Position numbers and translations under genes: made by a program. From Alphaproteobacteria bacterium (lineage in GTDB: Bacteria > Pseudomonadota > Alphaproteobacteria > MPNO01), in assembly GCA_965248835.1 (NCBI GenBank), contig CBDFLJ010000001.1:1120001-1184000 (forward strand): a stretch of 64,000 nucleotides of DNA, read 5' to 3'. Below are positions 29,401 through 38,508 of this stretch, one piece after another (the first letter of the stretch is position 1; each line of letters opens with the position of its first letter). The notes beneath the pieces were generated by a model. The model worked only from the letters and a program-made list of their open reading frames with translations. It had not been told where the DNA came from and ran no database searches.

Positions 29401-30500
29401 GGCAGACCGATCGAGGCGTCGCCCTCGTCGATGGCCCGGCAGAGATCGTCGATGGCCGACCAGTAGCGCGAGGCGCTGGCGGAGAACACGTCGTCCACGT
29501 CCTTGCGACGACCGACATCGCCGCGAATTTTCTCGCGCAGCGCGTAATCGTCGTAGCGTGAGTCGCGCACCGGCAGCAGGTCGCGGTCTTCGGCATAGAG
29601 AATGAACAACAGCCGGTAGAGAAGGACCAAGGCGGCCTCGCGCACATCCTCCAACGGTGCGTCGGGCGCGGCGATGGCGATGGCTCGGGCAAGGCCCGGA
29701 AAGACCTGGCCGAAGACCAGATCGGAGAGACTCGCGGCGACACGCTCCTCGTAGAACCTGCCTTCCTCGATCGCGCGCTGATGGAACGTGCGAGGATCAC
29801 CGGCGGCGGGCAGGAAAGCCTCCCGCCGGAAGACAAGAGTGAACACCTTCAGGCCGTGACGGCGTTCCGCCTCGGTGAGGGCGAACAGGCCGTCATTGTG
29901 GCCGGGAAGATCGAGAAGCGCCGCGAGATCAGCCTCGAAGAACTGTTCCGAGACCGACCGGGCGCCCTGGTAGTAGAGCCGCCAATGCATCCCGTTGGTG
30001 AGGACGCCCCAGCGCAGCTTGCCGGTCGTCAGGTCGTCAACCCGCCGCAGATAGCGGAGCATCTGAGTCGACGGCGCGGTCTGCTCGCCCGCGCGGTCCG
30101 ACCGGCGGTCGAGCGGTCGAAGCCAGCGCTTGGACTCCACGATCGCGAGCCCGAACTCGTAGCGCCGCCATTCCTCGGCAAGATCGTTCGCGCGGTCCTT
30201 CATCGCATCGTCCGCGAATAGCAGACCGTCGGGAACGTCCTCGCGGCCGCGGGTGCTGAGATTCTGCTGCCGCAGGCTGGCCGTCCATCCGAGACACGCC
30301 AGCACGGGCCAGATCAGATCATCCTCGGTCTGGCTTTCGTTAGGTGTCTGGGTGGTGGGAAAGCGGTCGAAAACCGCTCGCAGTGCGCCTTCGAGCTCAT
30401 CTACGGATGAGTCGTTCAGGTCTCGCCAATCGGGCAGCGCGACAATCGACTCGCCAAGGAAATCGTTGGCGAACAGATTTCCGCGAAAAGCGTTCTCCAT
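26442..30500 (-). CDS. Type IIG-like fused restriction endonuclease/N6-adenine methyltransferase (Eco57I/DrmMI-like)
   Basis: N-terminal PD-(D/E)xK (VPDGLLF...VESKRW); GSYYTP; motif I DPAMGSGHF; motif IV GNPPW; C-terminal target-recognition region. Confidence 0.9.
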   Translation of the reverse strand: MENAFRGNLFANDFLGESIVALPDWRDLNDSSVDELEGALRAVFDRFPTTQTPNESQTEDDLIWPVLACLGWTASLRQQNLSTRGREDVPDGLLFADDAMKDRANDLAEEWRRYEFGLAIVESKRWLRPLDRRSDRAGEQTAPSTQMLRYLRRVDDLTTGKLRWGVLTNGMHWRLYYQGARSVSEQFFEADLAALLDLPGHNDGLFALTEAERRHGLKVFTLVFRREAFLPAAGDPRTFHQRAIEEGRFYEERVAASLSDLVFGQVFPGLARAIAIAAPDAPLEDVREAALVLLYRLLFILYAEDRDLLPVRDSRYDDYALREKIRGDVGRRKDVDDVFSASASRYWSAIDDLCRAIDEGDASIGLPPYNGGLFDRERTPLLGRVRLSDEVMAAVIDALSFERTPEGRRYINYRDLGVQQLGSIYERLLEHEIVRDGDGIAVRPNIFARKGSGSYYTPDDLVGLIIRETIEPLVSSRMAAFAAGVSERATVALPMDRLIGRLKRLDPAEKLLELKVCDPAMGSGHFLVNLVDYLADRVIAAMAEAEAAVDGYVSPLTERIDVIRSTITANARERGWTIDPARLDDRHIVRRMVLKRCIYGVDKNPMAVELAKVALWLHTFTVGAPLSFLDHHLRCGDSLFGAWARSGIDKATAFGSPLLLHASVTRAERAARSMQTIESLTDAEIAEAHRSAVAFAEVEEMTAPLDAVLSLVHAIDWLDVRDRDGKTALQAFFGGQFGDPIDITLGKVAPLAEHRESERFAGLLNEIRQLVSEERFLNWQAAFPGVWSNWQSASLHDGFDAVIGNPPWDRMKLQQVEWFAARRREIAIAQRAADRKRLIADLEKAGDALAKDFSLASERAAAAVRVARSLGDYPLLSGGDVNLYSLFVERAMTLVKPHGMVGLLTPSGIASDKTAAKFFKGVATEGRLRTLYDFENKKVFFPDVHASFKFCVFIAGRTQMDEPANCAFYLHDVAELDDPERCFPLTPVDFARVNPNTGTAPIFRTRRDAKLTTTIYERLPVLVDRSLGKEVKAWPVKYTRMFDMTNDSGLFRTREELEEKEGAWSVGGNRFDSPTGAWVPLYVGRMIHQFDHRAASIEANAENLHNPALSDKITLEQKANPNFTPIPQYWVPASNVSFPHGLKWTIAFRDIARATDARTMIASAVPLVGLGNTAPAIFLEDMHSDRSAALLLANFGAVVLDFVVRRKAQSTHLNWYIVEQLPIVLPEQYRSIRFGPKTAGEIVREAVLELTYTAHDMAPFARDMGHVDETGAVLPPFSWDEERRLHLRAKLDAVFFHLYGVTDRDDVRHVFSTFPIVERQQTDAYGGYRSRDLCLAWMNALAAGDPAAKIDL

Positions 30501-31060
30501 GCTCACGCGCCGATCATCTCCGAATTGACTCCTTCCACACTGTGTCACGGCACCGGCAAAGTCGCCCGCCTCCAATCGGGCGTCCTCCACGCCGCAAGAA
30601 ATCGGCTGGCGCGAGCGGCCCCGACGCGCTATCGGCGCGCACGCCGCCGCCGGACATTACCCGAGCATGCCGGCGATCCCGTCGGCGAGGGGCACCGACG
30701 GACGGTCCATATCCGCGCGCCCACGGCTTGCTATGTGCCTATGCACATAGATCCGCGGCCGGCCGCTTCATTTTGGCCTCGAACGGCTTGTCGTTTGTGG
30801 GCCGCATGTGAGCATCAAAACGCCTTTTGGATCACTTTTCTCCTAAAATCGAGACACAAAATATTTCCTGTGTCGTCTCTGAGCATCAAAAAAACCGCCT
30901 TCCCTCCCGCAACGTTCAGGAGGGCCGGAGGCCGAGGACGACGCGCCTGTCTTCGGCCGGCCGCGTCTCCATCCGCGCGGTGCCGTCGATTGCTTTCTTT
31001 CCTTGACAGGCAGGGCCGAACTTGGGCGTGGTCCCGGAAACCATCAACGGGGGGCGAGCG

Positions 31061-31945
31061 ATGGCCCGGGACCGCGGTGACGGCGGGTTCCACAGCGTGT
31101 GGTCGGACCTGCAGGGGGTGGCGTTCCAGCAGGGCTACGCCGAGGCCGGCGGGATCAGAACCCGCTACCTGCACGCGGGCACGCCGGGCAGCCCGGGCCT
31201 GATCTTCCTGCACGGCACCGGCGGGCATGCCGAAGCCTATGTGCGCAACCTCGCCGCGCACGCGCCCCATTTCGACACCTACGCCATCGACATGCTCGGC
31301 CACGGCTATACCGACAAGCCGGACTACGATTACGAGATCCCGCGCTACCTCGAGCATCTGCTGGCGTTCATCGACGCGGTGGGCATCGGCAAGGTCTCGC
31401 TGTCCGGCGAATCGCTGGGCGGCTGGGTTGCCGGCGCCTTCGCCGTCGCCCATCCCGAGCGCGTCGACCGGCTGGTGCTCAACACCGCCGGCGCCGACAA
31501 GGTCAAGCCGGACGCGCTGGCCGCCCTGCGCGCCTCGACCCAGGACTCGGTCGACGACCCGAGCTGGGAACGGGTGCGCAAGCGCCTGGAATGGCTCATG
31601 TTCGACCCCGCCGACGTCCATGACGATCTGGTGGCGAGCCGTCGGCGCATCTATTCGGCACCCGAGATGAAAGCGGGCATCCGCCGGGTGCTGTGCCTGC
31701 ACACGATCGCTGCACGCAAAGCCTTTGCCGTCACCCCCGAGCAATGGGGCGCGATCACCGCGCCGACCCTGGTGCTGTGGACCTCCCACGACCCGACGGC
31801 CGCGGTTCCGGTCGGCGAGGAGCTCGCGGCGATGATCCCGGGCGCGCGGTTCGCGGTGATGCGCGATTGCGGGCACTGGCCCCAGTTCGAGGACCCGGAG
31901 ACCTTCAACCGCATCCATCTCGATTTTCTCCTGGATCGATCCTGA
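31061..31945 (+). CDS. Alpha/beta hydrolase, meta-cleavage product hydrolase (MhpC/BphD)-like
   Basis: FLHGTGG, GESLGG, VRKRLEWLM, CGHWPQFE. Confidence 0.82.
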   Translation: MARDRGDGGFHSVWSDLQGVAFQQGYAEAGGIRTRYLHAGTPGSPGLIFLHGTGGHAEAYVRNLAAHAPHFDTYAIDMLGHGYTDKPDYDYEIPRYLEHLLAFIDAVGIGKVSLSGESLGGWVAGAFAVAHPERVDRLVLNTAGADKVKPDALAALRASTQDSVDDPSWERVRKRLEWLMFDPADVHDDLVASRRRIYSAPEMKAGIRRVLCLHTIAARKAFAVTPEQWGAITAPTLVLWTSHDPTAAVPVGEELAAMIPGARFAVMRDCGHWPQFEDPETFNRIHLDFLLDRS

Positions 31946-31973
31946 CAGCCGCAGATTGACGAAAGGCAGGACG

Positions 31974-32348
31974 ATGAGCGACGGACCTCCCCCGATGGAC
32001 CCCCACGGCACGCTGGGCAAGACGCTGTATGTGATCCACACCGCGCCCAGGGCCGGCGTGAGCCCGGACCAGCTCGCCGCGGTGCTGCCGAGCCATCTCG
32101 AGCACCAGGTCAGGATCGAGCAGGATGGCATCCTGTTCGCCGCCGGGCCGATGCAGACCGAGGACGGCGGCCGCCGCGGGCTGATCATCATCCGCGCCGG
32201 TTCGTTCGCCGAGGCCAGAGAGATCGCCGATTCCGATCCCTTCCACGCCCAGGGCCTGCGGGAATACACGCTCGAGCGCTGGTCGATGAACGAGGGCGGG
32301 TTCTCGGTCCGGATCAGCTATTCGGATCAGAAGATGACCATTGAATGA
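31974..32348 (+). CDS. YciI family protein
   Basis: HLEHQ, LFAAGP, ADSDPFH. Confidence 0.82.
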   Translation: MSDGPPPMDPHGTLGKTLYVIHTAPRAGVSPDQLAAVLPSHLEHQVRIEQDGILFAAGPMQTEDGGRRGLIIIRAGSFAEAREIADSDPFHAQGLREYTLERWSMNEGGFSVRISYSDQKMTIE

Positions 32349-33274
32349 CGCTGCTTTTCGTCTCCGAGATCGATCCGGCGGATTGGTGGAAGGCGGAGCT
32401 CGGACGGCGGATGCCGGCGCTCGAGGTCCGGGTCTGGCCCGAGGCCGGCGCGCTTGCGGACATCGAATACGCGCTGGTCTGGTGCCCGGAGCCCGGGATG
32501 CTGGCGCGCCTGCCCAACCTGCGGGCGATCTTCTCGCTGGGCGCCGGCGTCGACCACCTGTTTTCCGATCCCGACCTGCCCAGGACCATCCCGATCACCC
32601 GGCTGATCGACGTCAACCTGACCGCGCGGATGACCGAATACGTGCTGTTCCACGTGCTGCGCTGGCACCGCCAGCACGAGGCCTATACCGCTTCCCAGGC
32701 GGCCGCGCGGTGGCAGGAACGTATCCAGCCGGCATCTTCGGACCGCAGCATCGGCATCCTCGGCCAGGGCGTGCTCGGCCGGGCGGCGGCCACCGCGCTC
32801 GCCGGGCTGGGCTTCAAGGTCGCCGGCTGGAGCCGGACGCCCAAGGCGCTGCCGGGCATCGAGAGCTTCCACGGCGCGGGCGGGCTGATCCCGATCGCCA
32901 ACCGCAGCGAGGTCCTGGTCAACATGCTGCCGCTGACGCCCGCGCTTGAAGACATCCTCGATGCGAGGCTCTTCGCCGCCCTGCCCGAGGGCGCGGCGGT
33001 GATCAATGTCGGCCGCGGCCGCCATTTGGTCGAGGACGATTTGCTGGCCGCGCTCGACAGCGGCAGGGTCTCGGCGGCGACGCTCGACGTGTTCCGCACC
33101 GAGCCGCTGCCGTCGGGCCATCCGTTCTGGAGCCACCCGGCGGTCACCATCACGCCGCACGTGGCCAGCGTCGCCGACCCGCGCACGGTGGTCGAGCAGG
33201 TGGCCGAGAACATCCGCCGCAGCCGGGCGGGCGAGCCGCTGATCGACGTGGTCGATCCGTCCGTCGGATACTGA
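32345..33274 (+). CDS. ghrA: Glyoxylate/hydroxypyruvate reductase A-type 2-hydroxyacid dehydrogenase
   Basis: SLGAGVDH, MTEYV, GQGVLG, INVGRG, LDVF..EPLP..HPFW.HP..TITPHVAS. Confidence 0.85.
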   Translation: MTLLFVSEIDPADWWKAELGRRMPALEVRVWPEAGALADIEYALVWCPEPGMLARLPNLRAIFSLGAGVDHLFSDPDLPRTIPITRLIDVNLTARMTEYVLFHVLRWHRQHEAYTASQAAARWQERIQPASSDRSIGILGQGVLGRAAATALAGLGFKVAGWSRTPKALPGIESFHGAGGLIPIANRSEVLVNMLPLTPALEDILDARLFAALPEGAAVINVGRGRHLVEDDLLAALDSGRVSAATLDVFRTEPLPSGHPFWSHPAVTITPHVASVADPRTVVEQVAENIRRSRAGEPLIDVVDPSVGY

Positions 33275-33296
33275 GCGGGAGAAGGGGCACCGGGCG

Positions 33297-34883
33297 ATGC
33301 GCGATTTCCAGCTTCCCGGCCGTTCGGCGGTCTATGCGCGGCGCGCAATGGCGGCCACATCGCACCCGATGGCGAGCCTGACCGCGATCGAGACGCTGAA
33401 GGCCGGCGGCAACGCGGTCGATGCGGCGGTCGCCGCCGCCGGCGTGCTCGCCGTCGTCGAGCCGCACATGACCGGGATCGGCGGCGACTGCTTCGTGCTC
33501 TACGCACCAACCGGCGGCGCGGTGATCGGCTATAACGGATCGGGCCGCAGCCCGGCGGCGGCGACGCTGGAATGGTATCTCGGCCAGAATTACCCGGCGA
33601 TGCCGGCGGTCGGCCCGCACGCGGTCACCGTGCCCGGCGCGCCGGAGGCATGGGAGCGGCTGAGCCGCGACCACGGCCGCAAGGACCTGGCTGCGCTGCT
33701 GCAGCCGGCGATCAGGCTTGCCGCCGACGGCGTGCCGGTCCACCCGCGGGTGGCCCATGACTGGGCGGACTGCGTCGCGGTCCTGGATGCCACCGAGGAG
33801 ACCCGCGAGATCTATCTGAACGGCGGGCGGGCCTACTGCACCGGAGAGATCCACCGCCAGCCGGCGCTGTCGGCGACGTTGGAGCGCATCGCCGACCGCG
33901 GGACGCAGGCCTTCTACACCGGGCCGGCCGCGGATTCCATGGTGGCGACGCTCAACCGCTATGGCGGGCTGCATGCGCAGGAGGACTTCGCCGCCCACCG
34001 CGGCGCGTATGTCGAGCCGATCTCGACCACCTATCGCGGCCACCTGGTCCACGAGTGCCCGCCCAACGGCCAAGGCCTGACCGCGCTGTTGATGCTCAAC
34101 ATATTGGAGGGGTTCGATCTCGCCGGGCGCGCGCCGATGGACCCGCGGCGGCTCCATCTCGAGGCCGAGGCCGGCCGGCTCGCCTACCGCGACCGCGACC
34201 GCTATCTCGGCGACCCGGCAGCAGCTTCGATCCCGGTCGAGGAACTGCTCTCGGAGGCCTATGCCGCGGAGCTGCGCGGCCACATCGGACCGGACCGGGC
34301 GATGGCGCCGCTGCCCGAGACCGCGCCGGCCGGCTGGTCCGATACCGTCTATCTCGCCGTCGTCGATGAGGACGGCAACGCGATCAGCTTCATCAACTCG
34401 CTGTTCGCGTTGTTCGGCTCGGGCATTGCCGACGCCGCCACCGGGGTGCTGTTCCAGAACCGCGGCAGCTCGTTCCAGCTCCGCCACGGCCACGCCAACG
34501 CCATCGGCCCGTCGAAGCGCGCCATGCACACCATCATGCCCGGCATGCTCACCCGGGACGGAAGCGCGCGGATGCCTTTCGGCGTGATGGGTGGGCACTA
34601 CCAGCCGTTCGGCCACGCCCATCTGCTGAGCAACGTGCTCGATTGCGGGCTCGACGTGCAGCAGGCGATCGATGCGCCGCGGATATTTCATTTCGGCGGG
34701 GTGCTGGCGCTGGAAGCGGGGGTGCCGCAAGCCACCGCCGATGCGCTGGCGGCGCTCGGCCATGACGTCCGCCGGGCGGGGGCGCCGTTCGGCGGCGGCC
34801 AGGCGGTGATGATCGACCGCGAGGCCGGGGTGCTGACCGGCGGCTCCGATCCCCGCAAGGACGGCTGCGCGCTGGGCTATTGA
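33297..34883 (+). CDS. ggt: Gamma-glutamyltransferase family (Ntn hydrolase)
   Basis: GGNAVDAA, GIGGD, PPNGQG, nucleophile Thr in DTVYLAVVD, QNRG, GVMGG, GSDPRKDG. Confidence 0.92.
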   Translation: MRDFQLPGRSAVYARRAMAATSHPMASLTAIETLKAGGNAVDAAVAAAGVLAVVEPHMTGIGGDCFVLYAPTGGAVIGYNGSGRSPAAATLEWYLGQNYPAMPAVGPHAVTVPGAPEAWERLSRDHGRKDLAALLQPAIRLAADGVPVHPRVAHDWADCVAVLDATEETREIYLNGGRAYCTGEIHRQPALSATLERIADRGTQAFYTGPAADSMVATLNRYGGLHAQEDFAAHRGAYVEPISTTYRGHLVHECPPNGQGLTALLMLNILEGFDLAGRAPMDPRRLHLEAEAGRLAYRDRDRYLGDPAAASIPVEELLSEAYAAELRGHIGPDRAMAPLPETAPAGWSDTVYLAVVDEDGNAISFINSLFALFGSGIADAATGVLFQNRGSSFQLRHGHANAIGPSKRAMHTIMPGMLTRDGSARMPFGVMGGHYQPFGHAHLLSNVLDCGLDVQQAIDAPRIFHFGGVLALEAGVPQATADALAALGHDVRRAGAPFGGGQAVMIDREAGVLTGGSDPRKDGCALGY

Positions 34884-34935
34884 GGACGCGACGGGCTCGG
34901 CATAGGCTGGGCGAAGGCTGCGGAAAGGACGGGTC

Positions 34936-35337
34936 ATGGCAAAGCTGCGCCACATCGCGATCGCCTGCGACGATGTCGAAGCGACCGCGAAGTTCTACGA
35001 GGATGTCTTCGGCATGGAGCGGGTCGGGACCTCGGAGTCCTCGCTCGCCGACGGGGTCTATTTGTCCGACGGGGTGATCAACCTCGCGGTGCTCGACTAC
35101 AAGACCGACCAGGCCGCCGGCGAAGAGCGCGGCAAGGACTATGTCGGGGTCCACCATTTCGGCTTCTGGGTCGAGGATCTCGAAGCGGCCGAGAAGTCGA
35201 TCGAGGCCCATGGCGGGGCGTTCTTCCTCGACCTGCCGGTCGACAAGGACTCACTCTACTACGAGAAGAAGTACCGCGACCCCAACGGCATCATCTTCGA
35301 CATCTCTCACAACGGCTGGGTCGGCACCAGCAAGTAG
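34936..35337 (+). CDS. VOC family protein
   Basis: LRHIAI, VHHFGF, RDPNGIIFDI. Confidence 0.87.
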   Translation: MAKLRHIAIACDDVEATAKFYEDVFGMERVGTSESSLADGVYLSDGVINLAVLDYKTDQAAGEERGKDYVGVHHFGFWVEDLEAAEKSIEAHGGAFFLDLPVDKDSLYYEKKYRDPNGIIFDISHNGWVGTSK

Positions 35338-35351
35338 GCGGCTTCGCCGGC

Positions 35352-36521
35352 TCACACGAACGGGTCGGGGCAGGGCTCGCCCAGCGCCACGGCGCCGTGG
35401 ATCGCCCCCTGGACGTCCCAGGTGAGCGCGATGTGCTGGGCGACGGCATGGGCATCCCGCCAGGCGCGGTTGACCGGGTCGTCCGCCGCCAGCCCGCCGG
35501 CGCCGGTGATCGGCAGGACACGGTCGATCGCCCGGCAGCACACGCGCGCCGCATAGCCGTTGTCGCGCCGGTAGCGGGCGCGCTGCTCCAGCGGAGGGAT
35601 GTCGCCGGCCTCGCCCCAGGCGATGATCTCGTGCCGGTTGCGGTCGACCAGGGCGTAGGCGGCATCGATCTCGGCAAGCGATTCGGCGACGCGGAGCTGC
35701 ACGGCCTGCTGCTGGGCGATCCGGACGTTGGTGAAGGACCGCTTGTCGGCGATCGCGCCGACGACGGCCTCGAGCCCGCCGCGCGCCGCGCCGATCACTG
35801 TGCCGACCAGGTTGAACGAGAACACCGCAAGCTGCGGCAAGCGGTAGAGATAGCCGTCATTGACCGCGCGGCCGGGCCCGTTGCCGTCGCACATGTCCCG
35901 CATGCTGCCCAGCCTGTAATCGGGGACGAACACGTCCTCGAGGATCAGATCGTTGCTGCCGGTGCCGGCGAGCCCGGTGGCGTTCCAGCAATCCTCGATC
36001 CGGCAGTCCGACAGCGGGACCAGCGCGAAGAAGGCTGCCGGCGGGCCGTTGTCCTCGGCGGGCACGCGGGCAAGCACCATCACCCAGTCGCAGTAGTCGA
36101 CGCCGCTGGAGAACTCCCATCGGCCGGACAGGCGCAGCCCGCCCGACGCGCGCGCGACCCGCGGCGCGCGGTTGAGAAAGGACGAGGCCACGGTGGTGTC
36201 GGGATTGCTGCCCCAGACATCGGCCTGGGCTTCGCCGGGCAGCATGCCCAGCATCCAGGCGTGGCAGGCAAAGATCGCCGTCACCCAGCCGCTCGACGCA
36301 CAGGCGCGGGCGAGCTCCATCGACAGGTCGGTCTGGATTCCGAACGGAAGCTCGAGCCCGCCGAAGCCGCGCGGCTGCATCACACGGTAGAACCCGGCCT
36401 CGCGGAAACGCCGATCGAACTCGGGCAGCAGCCGCCGGTTGGCCTCGGTCGCCGCCGCGCCAGCGCGCAGGTCCGGCAGCATCGATCGTGCGGCGGCAAG
36501 GATCGTCTCCGTGCTGGAAAT
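35352..36521 (-). CDS. Flavin-dependent monooxygenase, acyl-CoA dehydrogenase fold (HsaA/C2-HpaH-like); start uncertain
   Basis: QPRGFGG, ACASSGW, LSGRWEFSSGVD, W..TGLAGTGS, RAWRDAHA..QH. Confidence 0.85.
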   Translation of the reverse strand: MSSTETILAAARSMLPDLRAGAAATEANRRLLPEFDRRFREAGFYRVMQPRGFGGLELPFGIQTDLSMELARACASSGWVTAIFACHAWMLGMLPGEAQADVWGSNPDTTVASSFLNRAPRVARASGGLRLSGRWEFSSGVDYCDWVMVLARVPAEDNGPPAAFFALVPLSDCRIEDCWNATGLAGTGSNDLILEDVFVPDYRLGSMRDMCDGNGPGRAVNDGYLYRLPQLAVFSFNLVGTVIGAARGGLEAVVGAIADKRSFTNVRIAQQQAVQLRVAESLAEIDAAYALVDRNRHEIIAWGEAGDIPPLEQRARYRRDNGYAARVCCRAIDRVLPITGAGGLAADDPVNRAWRDAHAVAQHIALTWDVQGAIHGAVALGEPCPDPFV

Positions 36522-36622
36522 GGCTCTCTCCCGGCCGATCGCCTCTGGGCATGGGTTGCGTTCCACCGTAACATCGCAGGGGCGGGTTTCGCACCCGCCA
36601 TTGCAACGCGATGAGGCCGACC

Positions 36623-37528
36623 ATGACAGAGCCACGCGTCAGCGGCGTGTCCAGCGTCGAGTTCGCCGTCCGGGATATCGCGGCGGCCACCGCGTTCTAT
36701 GCCGACACCTGGGCGCTGGAGCAGGTGGCCGAAAGCGGCGGCGCGCGGTATTTCCGCGGCACCGGGCCCGACCACCACATCCTGGTCCTGCATCCCGGCG
36801 CCGAGGCCGCGCTGGCCCGGGTCAACATGACCGCGCCCGACGAGGAAGCGGTCGATGGGCTGCATGGCCGGCTCGCAGGGCTCGGCCTGCCGGCGATCGG
36901 CGATCCGGGGCCGATCAACCGGCCGGGCGGCGGCTACGGGTTCGATTTCCGCGACCCCGAAGGGCGCGCCCTGTCGATCCTCGCCGGCGCGGCAACCCAC
37001 GCCGGGACCGCCGATGTCGAGGATCGGCCGCGCAAGATCTCGCACTGCGTGCTGACGACCGGCGACATGGAGGGATCGGTGTCCTTCTTCACCGACGCGC
37101 TGGGGTTCGCCATCAGCGACAGGACCCGGATGCTGTCCTTCCTGCGCTGCAACGCCGACCACCATTCGATCGCACTGGGCAACGGCCACGGCTCGAGCCT
37201 GCACCATATCGCCTTCGAGATGCCCGACCTGGAATCGGTGATGCGCGGCGCCGGGCGGATGCGCGCGGCCGGCTATCCGATCGAGTGGGGCGTCGGCCGG
37301 CACGGTCCGGGCAACAACGTGTTCGCCTATTTCCTGGGGCCCGAGGACTTCGTGATCGAATACACCGCCGAGGTCGAGCAAGTCGACGACAGCTACCCGA
37401 CCGGCGGGCCGGACGACTGGGGCTTCCCCGAGGGGCGGTCGGACCACTGGGGAGTGACCGACCCGCCATCGCAGGGGATGCGCGCCGCCCATGACAAGAT
37501 CGCTTTCGTCCCGGCAGAAGCCGGCTGA
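36623..37528 (+). CDS. Two-domain VOC extradiol dioxygenase family protein
   Basis: KISHCVL, DHHS, HHIAFE, GRHGPG, FAYF, IEY: full 2-His-1-carboxylate set. Confidence 0.85.
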   Translation: MTEPRVSGVSSVEFAVRDIAAATAFYADTWALEQVAESGGARYFRGTGPDHHILVLHPGAEAALARVNMTAPDEEAVDGLHGRLAGLGLPAIGDPGPINRPGGGYGFDFRDPEGRALSILAGAATHAGTADVEDRPRKISHCVLTTGDMEGSVSFFTDALGFAISDRTRMLSFLRCNADHHSIALGNGHGSSLHHIAFEMPDLESVMRGAGRMRAAGYPIEWGVGRHGPGNNVFAYFLGPEDFVIEYTAEVEQVDDSYPTGGPDDWGFPEGRSDHWGVTDPPSQGMRAAHDKIAFVPAEAG

Positions 37529-37544
37529 AGGAGATATCGACGGC

Positions 37545-38495
37545 ATGAATTTCACCGGTATCCAGACGCTCGTCTTCTCGAGCCCCGACATGAAGACCGC
37601 CCGACGGTTCTACACCGACTGGGGGCTGAAGAAGGTCAGCGACGGCCGCGCGGGCGCGGTCTTCGAGACCGCGGTCGGCTCGCAGATCATCATCCGCCCG
37701 GCAACGTCCAAGGCGCTGCCGCCGGCCGCCGCACCCGGCATGCATTTCCGCGAGATGATCTGGGGCGTGGCCACGAAACGCGACCTGGCCGCCGTCCACA
37801 AGGAGGTCGCAAGGGACCGCGAGGTCTCCGTCGATGCCGACGGCACCATCCGCTGCATCGATCCGTGCAATCTCGCGGTCGGCTTCCGGGTATGGAAGCA
37901 ACGGCCCAGGGTCAAGGCGCAGCGCGCGGCGCTCAACAGCTTCGACAGCATCGAGCGCGTCGACCGGCGGGCGCCGATCTACGACCGGGCACAGCCGATC
38001 CGGATGGGCCATATCGGCTTCATCCTGCCCGACATCAAGGCCGCCGAAGCGTTCTATCACGGGCGGCTGGGCTTTCCGATCTCCGACCGCTATGCCGGAG
38101 GCGCGGCGGTGTTCATGCGCTGCGCGGCCGAGGAGGACCACCACAACCTGTTCCTGATCAACAGCCGCGGCGGGCCGATGAAATTCCACCATGTCGCCTT
38201 CGAGGTGCGCGACATCCACGAGGTCTTCGCCGGCGGGCTGCATTTCGACCGCAAGGGCTGGCAGACCGAGGTCGGGCCGGGCCGCCATCCGGTCTCCTCG
38301 GCCTATTTCTGGTACTTCAAGAGCCCGTGCGAGGGCGCGGTGGAGTACTACACCGATTCCGACCACGTGACGGAAGACTGGAAGCCGACATCGTTCCGCA
38401 ACAACCGTTTCTCGGAATGGCACCTGGTCGACGGCATCCGGCAAGGCGATGACGGCATGGTCCGCCCGTCGATGGCCGCCAACCGGCAACAGTAG
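37545..38495 (+). CDS. Second two-domain VOC extradiol dioxygenase family protein
   Basis: MGHIGF, DHHN, HHVAFE, GRHPVS, FWYF, VEY; GAAGGAG RBS. Confidence 0.85.
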   Translation: MNFTGIQTLVFSSPDMKTARRFYTDWGLKKVSDGRAGAVFETAVGSQIIIRPATSKALPPAAAPGMHFREMIWGVATKRDLAAVHKEVARDREVSVDADGTIRCIDPCNLAVGFRVWKQRPRVKAQRAALNSFDSIERVDRRAPIYDRAQPIRMGHIGFILPDIKAAEAFYHGRLGFPISDRYAGGAAVFMRCAAEEDHHNLFLINSRGGPMKFHHVAFEVRDIHEVFAGGLHFDRKGWQTEVGPGRHPVSSAYFWYFKSPCEGAVEYYTDSDHVTEDWKPTSFRNNRFSEWHLVDGIRQGDDGMVRPSMAANRQQ

Positions 38496-38508
38496 GGCGC
38501 CGCCGCGA

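Noticed and set aside
25233-31060. Complete integrative element, prophage, or full DISARM/BREX system
   Set aside because: No integrase, transposase, phage genes, helicase or other drm/brx genes are present.
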